Source: an uncultured Aliarcobacter sp. (GTDB lineage: Bacteria > Campylobacterota > Campylobacteria > Campylobacterales > Arcobacteraceae). Taken from it: a DNA stretch of 64,000 bases. A program made the translations under genes and the position numbers. The DNA is taken from positions 1,536,001-1,600,000 of the forward strand of contig OY781945.1 of assembly GCA_963677435.1 (NCBI GenBank). The letters run 5' to 3'. The notes below the pieces were generated by a model. It saw only the letters and a list, made by a program, of their open reading frames with translations. It ran no database searches and was not told the origin of the DNA. This document shows, one piece after another, positions 18,480 through 27,958 of the stretch (position 1 is its first letter; every line of letters begins with the position of its first letter).

Positions 18480-20471
18480 TTGAATACAATAGATAAACTT
18501 GGAAGTGTAATGCAAAGTAATTTTATAATGAGTAGTAATAAGAAATATAATTTTAGTGAATTAGTTGATATTATTGAGTTTGAAGAAATATTAACAAGTT
18601 TTTACAAAGCAACAGGAATTCCTAATGCTCTTGTAGGAAAAGATGGAAAAATTATTTTTCAAGCTGGATGGATTGATGCTTGTGCATTATTTCATAGAGT
18701 TAATTCAGAAACAAATTCACGATGTTTAGAAAGTAATCATGCTTTAATGAAAAATGTTTCTGATGGTAAAGTTACTAGTGCATTTTGTAAAAATGGTTTG
18801 ATTGATTATGCAACTCCTGTTGTAATTGAAGGCCAAATATTAGCAACTCTATTTTTAGGACAAGTTCTAAATGAAGAACCAAATATTGATTTCTTTCAAA
18901 AACAAGCTAAAGAATTTAATTATGATGAAACTGAATATATAAAAGCTATAAAATCTGTTCCTATTATAAGTAAAGAACAGATGGAATCAACTATGGATTG
19001 TGTTGTAAAAATGGCACAAATATTAGCCAAAAGAGGTTTATCAAAGTTAAGAGAATCAGAATTATCATGTGATTTATATAAAAGTACTGAAGAAAAAATT
19101 CAATTAAAAGATATTTTAGATTTTTCTCCTGTTGGTATTTCTTGGTCAGATATTAATGGTAATCTTGAGTATGTTAATCATAAATTTACTGAATTATTTG
19201 GATATACGCTTGATGATATCCCTACTATTGAAACTTGGTATGAAAAAGCTTATTCAAATTTAAGATATCAAAAAGATGAAATAAAATCTTGGCATGCAGA
19301 TATTTTGTTATCAGGTAAAATAGATAAACCTATACTTATTTCAGAAAGAGAAGTTAGTATTACTTGTAAAGATGGAACTGAACGCCGAGTGCTTGTTTAT
19401 ATCTCTTGGTTAGGAGAAAAATGTTTAGCAAATTTTAATGATATAACTGAACATTGGAAAAGTGAATTAAGAAATAGAGCACATGATTCTATGTTAGAAA
19501 TGGTTGCTAAAAACTCTTCCTTGACAGATATTTTACATACAATAGTTGTAAATATCGAATCAGAAGATTCAGCATCATTATGTAGTATATTATTACTTGA
19601 TAAAGATGAAAAACAACTACTTTTAGGGGCATCACCTAGTTTACCTGATTTTTATAATAAAGCAATTAATGGTACAAAAATTGGTGTTGGTGTTGGTTCT
19701 TGTGGAACAGCTGCATTTCTAGCGAGTCGGGTTATTGTTGAAGATATTACTACCCATGAGTATTGGCAACCATATAAAGGTTTAGCTCAAAAAGCTGGAT
19801 TAGCTTCTTGTTGGTCTGAACCTATAATCTCTTCAGAGGGAAAAGTACTTGGAACTTTTGCAATTTATCATAAAGAGACAAAAAGTCCTACTTCAAGTGA
19901 TATCGAGCGTATAACTTTTGCTGCAAATTTAGCTGCTATTGCTATAGAAAATAGAAATGCTCGTAAAGAGCTAGAACATAGAGCTTATTCAGATTATTTG
20001 ACAGATTTATCAAATAGACGATATTTTATTGAACAAGCAGAATTAGAGTTATCAAGACATACTAGGTATTCAGGTGAATTATCTTTGTTGATGTTTGATA
20101 TTGATTTTTTTAAAAAAATCAATGATACATATGGACATAATGTTGGTGATTTAGTTCTTCAAAAAATTGCAAATATTAGTCGTATGACTTTAAGAGATAT
20201 TGATATACTTGGTCGAATAGGTGGTGAAGAATTTGCTGTTTTATTACCACAAACAAATCTGGAAGATTCTATTCTTGTTGCACAGCGTATGCGTATAGAA
20301 ATCTCAAATACACAATTAGTATTGAATAATGGCGAGATAGTTACCTTTACAGCTTCTTTTGGAGTTGTTGCTGCGAATGATAAGTCAACTATTGATGATT
20401 TGCTTATAAAAGCTGATAAAGCGCTTTATAAAGCTAAAGATGGTGGACGAAATAGGGTATGTACTTTTTAA
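18480..20471 (+). CDS. Diguanylate cyclase with PocR, PAS and GAF sensor domains
   Basis: PocR-like Cys pattern (CALFHR..C..CKNGLID.ATPV), PAS (YVNHKFTELFGY), GAF (GSCGTAA, SCWSEPI), GGEEF with RxxD; exact start uncertain. Confidence 0.88.
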   Translation: MNTIDKLGSVMQSNFIMSSNKKYNFSELVDIIEFEEILTSFYKATGIPNALVGKDGKIIFQAGWIDACALFHRVNSETNSRCLESNHALMKNVSDGKVTSAFCKNGLIDYATPVVIEGQILATLFLGQVLNEEPNIDFFQKQAKEFNYDETEYIKAIKSVPIISKEQMESTMDCVVKMAQILAKRGLSKLRESELSCDLYKSTEEKIQLKDILDFSPVGISWSDINGNLEYVNHKFTELFGYTLDDIPTIETWYEKAYSNLRYQKDEIKSWHADILLSGKIDKPILISEREVSITCKDGTERRVLVYISWLGEKCLANFNDITEHWKSELRNRAHDSMLEMVAKNSSLTDILHTIVVNIESEDSASLCSILLLDKDEKQLLLGASPSLPDFYNKAINGTKIGVGVGSCGTAAFLASRVIVEDITTHEYWQPYKGLAQKAGLASCWSEPIISSEGKVLGTFAIYHKETKSPTSSDIERITFAANLAAIAIENRNARKELEHRAYSDYLTDLSNRRYFIEQAELELSRHTRYSGELSLLMFDIDFFKKINDTYGHNVGDLVLQKIANISRMTLRDIDILGRIGGEEFAVLLPQTNLEDSILVAQRMRIEISNTQLVLNNGEIVTFTASFGVVAANDKSTIDDLLIKADKALYKAKDGGRNRVCTF

Positions 20472-20502
20472 ATAAAATTGTCATCCCCTTGATTATAAAA
20501 AT

Positions 20503-21063
20503 TTAATTTAATTCACTTATATTTGATTTATATTCGTCTGTTCTAATTCTTCTTTCTATTTCTCTTTTTACTGCGCTAAAGGCATATTTTTTATTTCCAC
20601 CATGTATGCTTGTTACTATTTGTGATTTACAATTTTCACAAATGAAATCAGTTTTTGCAACATCTGTATATCTTGTGTGGCAAGAGCTTTCATCATAGAC
20701 TAATAAAGAATCACATATAGGACAATAGCACTGTAAATCCACTATTTCATCTTTCTTCCATCTCCATCTCCAGTTTGTTCCATAAATAAAATCTTTTACA
20801 TAAGCTTTATATTCTACCGTAGAATTATTTGTAATTAATAAAAAGAATTTTATTAATGTAATAAATGCCAAAATAGAAATAATCGATAAAAGCCATACTG
20901 GAATAGTAAATGAAGATAATAAAATTTCATCGAACCATTTGGTTCCTGAAGATAATAATGAGATTAATTCTATTATATATTTTTGTGTTTGCGGAATAAT
21001 ACTTAAAATAGCTCCTGTAATTGTGAATATAATTATTCCATTTAAAATCTTTGTACTTTTAAT
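20503..21063 (-). CDS. Membrane-anchored zinc-ribbon hypothetical protein
   Basis: CPIC...CENC; frame stays open 64 codons upstream of the TTG at 20871 to an ATT at 21063 preceded by AAAGG. Confidence 0.6.
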   Translation of the reverse strand: MKSTKILNGIIIFTITGAILSIIPQTQKYIIELISLLSSGTKWFDEILLSSFTIPVWLLSIISILAFITLIKFFLLITNNSTVEYKAYVKDFIYGTNWRWRWKKDEIVDLQCYCPICDSLLVYDESSCHTRYTDVAKTDFICENCKSQIVTSIHGGNKKYAFSAVKREIERRIRTDEYKSNISELN

Positions 21064-21140
21064 TTGAATACCTTTATAATATAAATTTTTTGGAATTATA
21101 TAGTATGCACACTAAAAATTAAATTTTAAAAAATGATATA

Positions 21141-22019
21141 TTAAATTATTGTTTTAAATATAGTTTTATCTCGTCCTGTCTCTTTTGCTTGGTAAAGCAT
21201 ATTATCTGCTTCTTTTAGTAAATCATCAATTGTTAATAAACTATTATTATAAGCAGTAACACCAATACTTATAGTAAAATTTATAATGTTATTTTCTATA
21301 TCTAACGAGAGTTGTTTTATTGAATTCCTTATCTCTTCAAGAAAAGTAAAAAGTTTTTCTTGACTTTCACAATTACAAATTATTGCAAACTCTTCGCCTC
21401 CTAATCTAGCAAAAAGATTATCTTTTGCTAGCATGTTTTGTATATTTGATACTATTGTTTTAATTACAATATCTCCTACATGGTGACCATATTTGTCATT
21501 GATATTTTTAAATTTATCAATATCAATCATAATTGCAAAAAGATTTTCTTTTTTTGTTTCAAATCTAGTTTGTGCTAATTCAAAAAACTTTCTTCGATTT
21601 AAAATACCTGTCATTGTATCATGCGAAGAGATATATTCTAAGTTCTTGATTAAACATTGTAGTTCAAGTTGGGTTTTTACCCTTGCTATTAATTCTTTTG
21701 GTTTAAAAGGTTTTAAAACATAATCACTACCACCAATTTCATAAGCTTTTTCAATACTATCTTCATCTGTTTTTGCAGTTAGAAATATAATAGGAATATC
21801 TTTAGTTTTAGGATTTTCTTTTAATTGTTTACATACTTCAAATCCATCAATTATAGGCATCATAATATCAAGTAAAATTAAGTCTGGTATTTCTTCTTTT
21901 GCAATTTTTAGAGCAGTTTTTCCATCCATTGCTACAACTACATCATATTTATCTCCAAGCAATTCAACTAATATTTTAATATTTATATTTGTATCATCTA
22001 CTACTAATATTGTTTGCAT
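21141..22019 (-). CDS. Response regulator diguanylate cyclase (REC-GGDEF)
   Basis: ILVVDD, LILLDIMMP, FLTAK, KPF; DIDKFKNIND, ARLGGEEF. Confidence 0.93.
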   Translation of the reverse strand: MQTILVVDDTNINIKILVELLGDKYDVVVAMDGKTALKIAKEEIPDLILLDIMMPIIDGFEVCKQLKENPKTKDIPIIFLTAKTDEDSIEKAYEIGGSDYVLKPFKPKELIARVKTQLELQCLIKNLEYISSHDTMTGILNRRKFFELAQTRFETKKENLFAIMIDIDKFKNINDKYGHHVGDIVIKTIVSNIQNMLAKDNLFARLGGEEFAIICNCESQEKLFTFLEEIRNSIKQLSLDIENNIINFTISIGVTAYNNSLLTIDDLLKEADNMLYQAKETGRDKTIFKTII

Positions 22020-22028
22020 TTTAACCTT

Positions 22029-25000
22029 CTATATACTATTTAGATGTAATAAAGCATTTTGAAAATCAAATCTTTCAATGCACTTTTTTATTATAGTTAT
22101 TTTTTGTTTTTCTTTTATTGAAAACTCATAATATTCTATCTCATCTAAGATTTTTTCAATCTCTTTTGGTCTATTTGATTCTAATGTTTTTCTAAGAGTA
22201 TCAAATAATTCTTTTTTCTTATAATCACTAAGAGATTTTTTTTCTTTTATAAAATATGGTTTTAAAAATTCTAGTTGTTCTAGTTCATTAATTACTTTTT
22301 CCAACTCTTTTACTAATTCTAAATGTAAAATATCATTATCATTTAATTCTATTTCTTGAACTATTTTATTAAGATTTATCGCACCAATATTTGCACTTAA
22401 TCCTTTCAATGTATGAAAAACTCTTTTCTTCTCTTCTACCTCTAAGTTCTCAAGAGTAAAATCTTTATAACTTTCATAAAAACTATGCATAATTTTTATG
22501 TAAAGTTTTTCATTGTTAGCCATATGATTCAATCCAACATTTATATCTATATATTTTAAAGTTGGTAAGTTTATTGATTCTTGAGATGTTTTTTCTATAT
22601 TCTCATTTTTTGAAATATATTTTGATAAAGTTGAATATAGTGTATCTACTTTTATAGGTTTATTTAAGTGCTCTTTCATTCCAGCAGCTTTTGTATTTTC
22701 AATATCTTTTTGCATTGCATTTGCTGTTAGTGCAATAATTGGAATATTATTATTTATTTTTTTAATCTCTTTTGTTGCTTCATATCCATCCATTATTGGC
22801 ATTTGGATATCCATTAAAATTAATTGATATTTTTGTGGATTTTCTTTTATTTTATTTACTGCTTCTTGCCCATTATTAGCAATATCAAAATTGATTTTTG
22901 TATCTTCTAGTAATCCTATAATTATCTCTTGATTTACTTTATTATCTTCTACTAATAAAATATTATTCCCTTCAAAAGATATACTGATAACTTTATTGTT
23001 AAGTAAAATATTTTTACTGATATTATTTACTTTGAAATTATTTAAAAATATGTCACTTAGAATATCATTTAATACAGAAGGATTTATAGGCTTTTGTAAA
23101 AATATTTCTATACCAACTGCTTTTGCTAATGTAATAATAGATTCTTGTCTAAAACTACTTACCATAATAACAGTAGGAGGTCTTTTGTCTTTATAATGCT
23201 CATTTATGATTTTTGTAGTTTCAATACCATCAAGTTCGGGCATATTCCAATCCATAAGTATTAAATCATAATCAATATTTGAGTTTGAAATATTTGTTAT
23301 AGCTTCATTCCCACTTTTTACACAATATACTTCTATATTAAATATACCTAAAATACTTTCGAGAATTTCATGCCATGTTTTATTATCATCAACAACTAAA
23401 ACTTTTTTATCTGGGAAAATATTGTAAGTTTTTTCCACTTTTATCTCTTGTAATTCTATTTCAAAAATAAAACTACTTCCCATTTCTGGTTTACTTTCAA
23501 CCCAAATTTTTCCATTCATTAGTTCAACAAGTTGCTTAGATATTGTAAGCCCAAGTCCTGTTCCACCATATTTTCTAGTGGTACTTCCATCTGCTTGTGA
23601 AAAAGATTGGAAAAGTTTAGATATTTGTTTTTCAGAAAGCCCAATTCCTGTATCTTTTATTTCAAATTGATATCTATCTTTAGATACTTTTTTTATAAAT
23701 ATTGCAATTTCCCCAACATCAGTAAATTTTATCGCATTACTCAAAAGGTTTGTTAAGATTTGTGAGAGTCTTAGATTATCTCCATGGAAGTTTTTACCTA
23801 AATTCATATCATAACTTACTATTAGTTCAAGGTTTTTTTCATGAAGTTTAAAGTCTATAATATTTACAATATTTTCTATTGTTTTAAATAAATTAAAATC
23901 CACTTTTTCAAGATTTAGTTTTCCTGCTTCAATTTTCGAAAAGTCTAAAATATCATTTATAATAGTTAATAGATTTTTTGCACTAATATCTATTTTTTCG
24001 ATATAGTTTTTTTGTTTTTCATTTAGATTTGTTTGTAAAGCTAAATGTGACATTCCGATTATTCCATTCATTGGAGTTCGTATTTCATGACTCATATTTG
24101 CTAGAAATTCTGATTTTGCTTTTGTTGATTCTTCAGCTTTTATTTTGGCAATTTCAAGCTCTTTCGTTCTATTCTCAACTTGTATTTCAAGGTTTTTTCT
24201 ATTACTTTTTATTTCATCTATCATTTTATTGAAGTTTAAAAGTAAACTATCAATTTCAATAATATTAGAGTTTTCATTTTTTACATAAGTATTTATATCT
24301 TCAGTTTTTTTAGAAAGAGTTTCTATTGGATAAGACAACTTTATAGATAATTGTTTTGACCTTCTATATAAAATATATATAATATAAGCTAAACAAAGAA
24401 GAATAAATATAAAAATATAAATAGAAACTTTATATGAAAAGTCTTGAGTTTTTAGGGTGTCTTTGATAATAATATCTTCATCAATAAGAAAAAATACTTT
24501 CCAGTCTGTTCCTTGAATTTGTCTATTTTCAACTAAAAAATTCTTATCTTTAAATGAAAAGACACCTGTTTGAACTCCTTGTTTAAAATAATCTTCAAAC
24601 TGTTTAGCAATTTCTTGATTTTTATGATTAATAAGATTATGTTCTTTTGGCTGTAAAACTTCATGTATAACTAATTCATTATTATCATTTTTTTTCAAGC
24701 TTACTAAATCAAGAAATAAATTTAGTTTATCACTAATAGCAAATATCATACCTTTGCTATCTGTTAAAAAAACTTCCCCATTAAAAGGTATGTTTTTGGG
24801 TAAAACTTCATTTGCAAGTTGTTTTATAGGAACATCAATACCTACAACACCTTTAAACTCATCTTTATTATTATATATTGGAGCAATATAAGAAGTCATC
24901 CAGCCATTCATTGCTGGATCTAAATAAACAGAACTCCATAGAGGTCTCTTAAAAGGATTATGTTTTAAATCTGCTTCATAATAAAAACTCCAATCAAAGA

Positions 25001-25574
25001 AGTTTGATACATCAGAAAGATACTTATGTAAACTAATAAATGGATAATATCTAATAATAGCATTACTATCAATAACCCAAGAAGCAACAACCGCATCATG
25101 TGCTTGAACTGCATTTTTAAGTGAAATATCAAACCATTGAGTTTTATTTAAATAACTCGTAATTTCATTTTTAGATAATTTAGTAAATTTAAAAGACATG
25201 GTATCAGCCCCACCAATATCTTTTTCTTGATAATATAAACCATATTTATTTTCACCATAGCTTACTTTATCATTTAATATAGTGTATTTTTCTTCATTAT
25301 TATAAAAATGTTGAACTTGAGTAAAAATATTTCTGTGACTATCTGTTATACTTTTCATTTTATTTCGAATAATATCTGATTCTCTATTTACAGCATAATG
25401 TAAATAATCTCTAGAATTCTTAAGTATATTTTTTTTATTTTCATCTGAAACATAAAAAATCATTAAATAATAAGCAACTAATATAATTGAGGAAATAAGA
25501 ACAATAGGTATAATAGTTGCATAAGTGATATTTTTATTTAATAATTGTAACAGAGTTATTTTTTTACTCAACAT
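22029..25574 (-). CDS. Hybrid sensor histidine kinase (TM-Cache-TM-HisKA-HATPase-REC-REC-Hpt)
   Basis: [20 protein letters not shown] Cache signature; [21 protein letters not shown]; two REC (MDWNMP, MDIQMP); HTLKG Hpt. Confidence 0.93.
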   Translation of the reverse strand: MLSKKITLLQLLNKNITYATIIPIVLISSIILVAYYLMIFYVSDENKKNILKNSRDYLHYAVNRESDIIRNKMKSITDSHRNIFTQVQHFYNNEEKYTILNDKVSYGENKYGLYYQEKDIGGADTMSFKFTKLSKNEITSYLNKTQWFDISLKNAVQAHDAVVASWVIDSNAIIRYYPFISLHKYLSDVSNFFDWSFYYEADLKHNPFKRPLWSSVYLDPAMNGWMTSYIAPIYNNKDEFKGVVGIDVPIKQLANEVLPKNIPFNGEVFLTDSKGMIFAISDKLNLFLDLVSLKKNDNNELVIHEVLQPKEHNLINHKNQEIAKQFEDYFKQGVQTGVFSFKDKNFLVENRQIQGTDWKVFFLIDEDIIIKDTLKTQDFSYKVSIYIFIFILLCLAYIIYILYRRSKQLSIKLSYPIETLSKKTEDINTYVKNENSNIIEIDSLLLNFNKMIDEIKSNRKNLEIQVENRTKELEIAKIKAEESTKAKSEFLANMSHEIRTPMNGIIGMSHLALQTNLNEKQKNYIEKIDISAKNLLTIINDILDFSKIEAGKLNLEKVDFNLFKTIENIVNIIDFKLHEKNLELIVSYDMNLGKNFHGDNLRLSQILTNLLSNAIKFTDVGEIAIFIKKVSKDRYQFEIKDTGIGLSEKQISKLFQSFSQADGSTTRKYGGTGLGLTISKQLVELMNGKIWVESKPEMGSSFIFEIELQEIKVEKTYNIFPDKKVLVVDDNKTWHEILESILGIFNIEVYCVKSGNEAITNISNSNIDYDLILMDWNMPELDGIETTKIINEHYKDKRPPTVIMVSSFRQESIITLAKAVGIEIFLQKPINPSVLNDILSDIFLNNFKVNNISKNILLNNKVISISFEGNNILLVEDNKVNQEIIIGLLEDTKINFDIANNGQEAVNKIKENPQKYQLILMDIQMPIMDGYEATKEIKKINNNIPIIALTANAMQKDIENTKAAGMKEHLNKPIKVDTLYSTLSKYISKNENIEKTSQESINLPTLKYIDINVGLNHMANNEKLYIKIMHSFYESYKDFTLENLEVEEKKRVFHTLKGLSANIGAINLNKIVQEIELNDNDILHLELVKELEKVINELEQLEFLKPYFIKEKKSLSDYKKKELFDTLRKTLESNRPKEIEKILDEIEYYEFSIKEKQKITIIKKCIERFDFQNALLHLNSI

Positions 25575-25578
25575 TAAC

Positions 25579-27180
25579 TTATCCCTTGAAATAGTTTGAT
25601 TTTTTTAAATCTTTAATAAAATTATGAATTAGTTTTTTATCTATATGGTGCATAATATAAATATGTGCATACTCTCTTTTTTCACCATTAACATAAAGTT
25701 CTTCCGTTGATAAAGAGTATTTAAATACTAACTCATTATTTGGAATTTTCATTCTTATTGTCAAAGAAAATGGTGATCTTTGAATCCATAGTTTATCTTT
25801 TTTATCTAATGATTTTAATTTATCAAAAGCATATTGAGCCATATTTTCACATTTTACTACTTCTTTTATATGACTTTTTATCGAGTTGTTTGATAAATAT
25901 TCCCAAAATATTAAAGGTGAAAAGGCATTTCTTGAACCTGCAAATGTAGTATCTGGAGCACCTATATACATAGGGTCATCTACTGGTTTTAGTTGATATT
26001 TAACCCTTGACATATAAATACCAGTTGGCCAAGGAGAACCTATGTATTTATGTCCACTCATAGATATAGAGTGTATCTCTTTTATTCTAAAGTCAAATAT
26101 TGGAAATTTATAATCTTCACTTGGTTTTTTAATTAGTTTTTGTTCCAAGGCTTTTTCGATATAAGGCATATATGCAGCACCTAATGCTCCATCCACATGG
26201 AACCAAAATCCATTTCTAATATCTGTTTTTCCAATTGTATATTCTATTTCCCTTTCGTAAAGTCCATATTTTCTAAGTATTGGAACTATTAAATCTACTG
26301 CACCTTTTATATCATCATATGCACCTTTGAAAGTACTACCATAATTAAAAGATGTAAGAATAGGATGTCCTTTTTGGGCAAAAAATTCCACAAGTTTTAT
26401 AAGTGCTGGTACATGAATAGAACCATCATCATTTGATGGAACTTCTTTTGGCCAACCATTTTCATCTAAATACTCTTCTGAGAAATTTTTTGGATAATCA
26501 TCTTTTTCTAAAGGACATATATATCCTTTTTCTGTAGCTTCTTTATTGAAAGTATTTATTTTAAGTACTTCCATTGCTTTTACAATAGAATAGTGTGCAT
26601 CTTGAGAGTAAAAAGCTATTGGAGTGAACTCATTTTTATTTTTTGGTGTTGCATATGTACTTATTAGATTTTGTTCTATTCTACACTCTATGTCTTTTAC
26701 TGATTGACTAATTTTTTTAGCTTTTTGATTTTTATCTTCATCTATTAATAAATACTTACCTTCTAAATAATCTCTTCCACTAAGAAGTCCAAAAATATTT
26801 GCTTCTGTACAACCCATCGAAACGATATATCCCCAATAGTCATCTTTTGTTAAGGGATTTGAACGCTCTTTATTGTTCCATAGATTTGCAAAATAATTTA
26901 AAACTTCTGTTTCAACAGCTTTTGTATTTAAAGTAAGATTACCACCAACAAAAGGATCTCCAACATTATTCATTCCAATATTTAGGTATTTTGAATAGTT
27001 TTTCTCAAAATCAAATTTTTCATTCATTTGATAACCTAAAAAAGTCTTTTTTTGTGTAAATTCATATGTAGATAATTTTTTTAAAGCTTTTTCTTTTTTC
27101 TTTGTAGGCATTTTTTTGTTATCTAGTTTGAAGTATTTACTACTTAACTCATCTGTTGTTTTATTTAGACTATTGTTCAT
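25579..27180 (-). CDS. Group II PLP-dependent amino-acid decarboxylase, histidine decarboxylase-like
   Basis: [40 protein letters not shown] (PLP lysine), GSRN; SD AAGGA. Confidence 0.85.
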   Translation of the reverse strand: MNNSLNKTTDELSSKYFKLDNKKMPTKKKEKALKKLSTYEFTQKKTFLGYQMNEKFDFEKNYSKYLNIGMNNVGDPFVGGNLTLNTKAVETEVLNYFANLWNNKERSNPLTKDDYWGYIVSMGCTEANIFGLLSGRDYLEGKYLLIDEDKNQKAKKISQSVKDIECRIEQNLISTYATPKNKNEFTPIAFYSQDAHYSIVKAMEVLKINTFNKEATEKGYICPLEKDDYPKNFSEEYLDENGWPKEVPSNDDGSIHVPALIKLVEFFAQKGHPILTSFNYGSTFKGAYDDIKGAVDLIVPILRKYGLYEREIEYTIGKTDIRNGFWFHVDGALGAAYMPYIEKALEQKLIKKPSEDYKFPIFDFRIKEIHSISMSGHKYIGSPWPTGIYMSRVKYQLKPVDDPMYIGAPDTTFAGSRNAFSPLIFWEYLSNNSIKSHIKEVVKCENMAQYAFDKLKSLDKKDKLWIQRSPFSLTIRMKIPNNELVFKYSLSTEELYVNGEKREYAHIYIMHHIDKKLIHNFIKDLKKSNYFKG

Positions 27181-27328
27181 AATTTGTCCTTGTGGTTAGT
27201 TCAAAATGGATAATAATTTACTTATTATTTTCTTTGAATTTAAGTATAGTATATTTTTATTACGAAAAGAACATAAAAAGTTTATTTTGTTATAACATTA
27301 AAAATATATAACTAATAATATTTTAAAA

Positions 27329-27374
27329 CTGTCCTATATAAAATAGAAAAATCTGTATCTTGTTAAGAGTACAG
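27329..27374. promoter_or_regulatory. Putative MocR/PdxR-type operator (two direct plus one inverted CTGTNN boxes)
   Basis: CTGTCC 27329, CTGTAT 27353, GTACAG 27369; resembles 61499-61545 beside the MocR gene. Confidence 0.5.
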
Positions 27375-27417
27375 AATATTGATAATATTCTTTTGCAATT
27401 TAATGAAAAGGAATATT

Positions 27418-27873
27418 ATGACAAGTAGAATTAACTTAGGAAAAACTAACCCAAATATGTTTGACAAAGTAATTGAGCTAAAAAATGAAGTAAAATTACT
27501 TATGAATAAAGCAAAAATAGAAGAGGGATTTTCTCATCTTTTATTATTAAGAGCATCACAAATAAATGGTTGTGCTTTTTGTCTTAGACTGCATACAAAA
27601 GATGCACTTAATTGTGGAGAGAGTATAGAAAGAATAAGTGTGATTCCAGCATGGAGAGAAACACAATATTTTAATGAAAAAGAAAGAGCAAGTTTAGCTT
27701 TGATTGAAGCAATATGTAATATTTCTCAAGGACAAGTTCCTGATGAAGTTTATGAAGATGCAACAAAAGTTTTAAATGAAGATGAAATTAAAGCTGTGCA
27801 ATGGTCAGCTATTGTTATAAACACATTAAATAGAATGGCAATAACAAGTAGATATGAAGTAAAAGCAGAATAG
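27418..27873 (+). CDS. Carboxymuconolactone decarboxylase / AhpD-like family protein
   Basis: LRASQINGCAFCLRLH and AWRET motifs; ATG 27418 follows AAGGA. Confidence 0.88.
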   Translation: MTSRINLGKTNPNMFDKVIELKNEVKLLMNKAKIEEGFSHLLLLRASQINGCAFCLRLHTKDALNCGESIERISVIPAWRETQYFNEKERASLALIEAICNISQGQVPDEVYEDATKVLNEDEIKAVQWSAIVINTLNRMAITSRYEVKAE

Positions 27874-27883
27874 AAAATACTAT

Positions 27884-27933
27884 CTACTCGCCAAAATAGT
27901 GCAAATATTGTTTTGCATTATGTGGATGAGTAG
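27884..27933. repeat. Long imperfect inverted repeat between convergent genes
   Basis: CTACTC/GAGTAG, CCA/TGG and ATAGTGCAAA/TTTGCATTAT pairings. Confidence 0.55.
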
Positions 27934-27958
27934 TTTATCTCTTTTTATTTTCTAAAAA

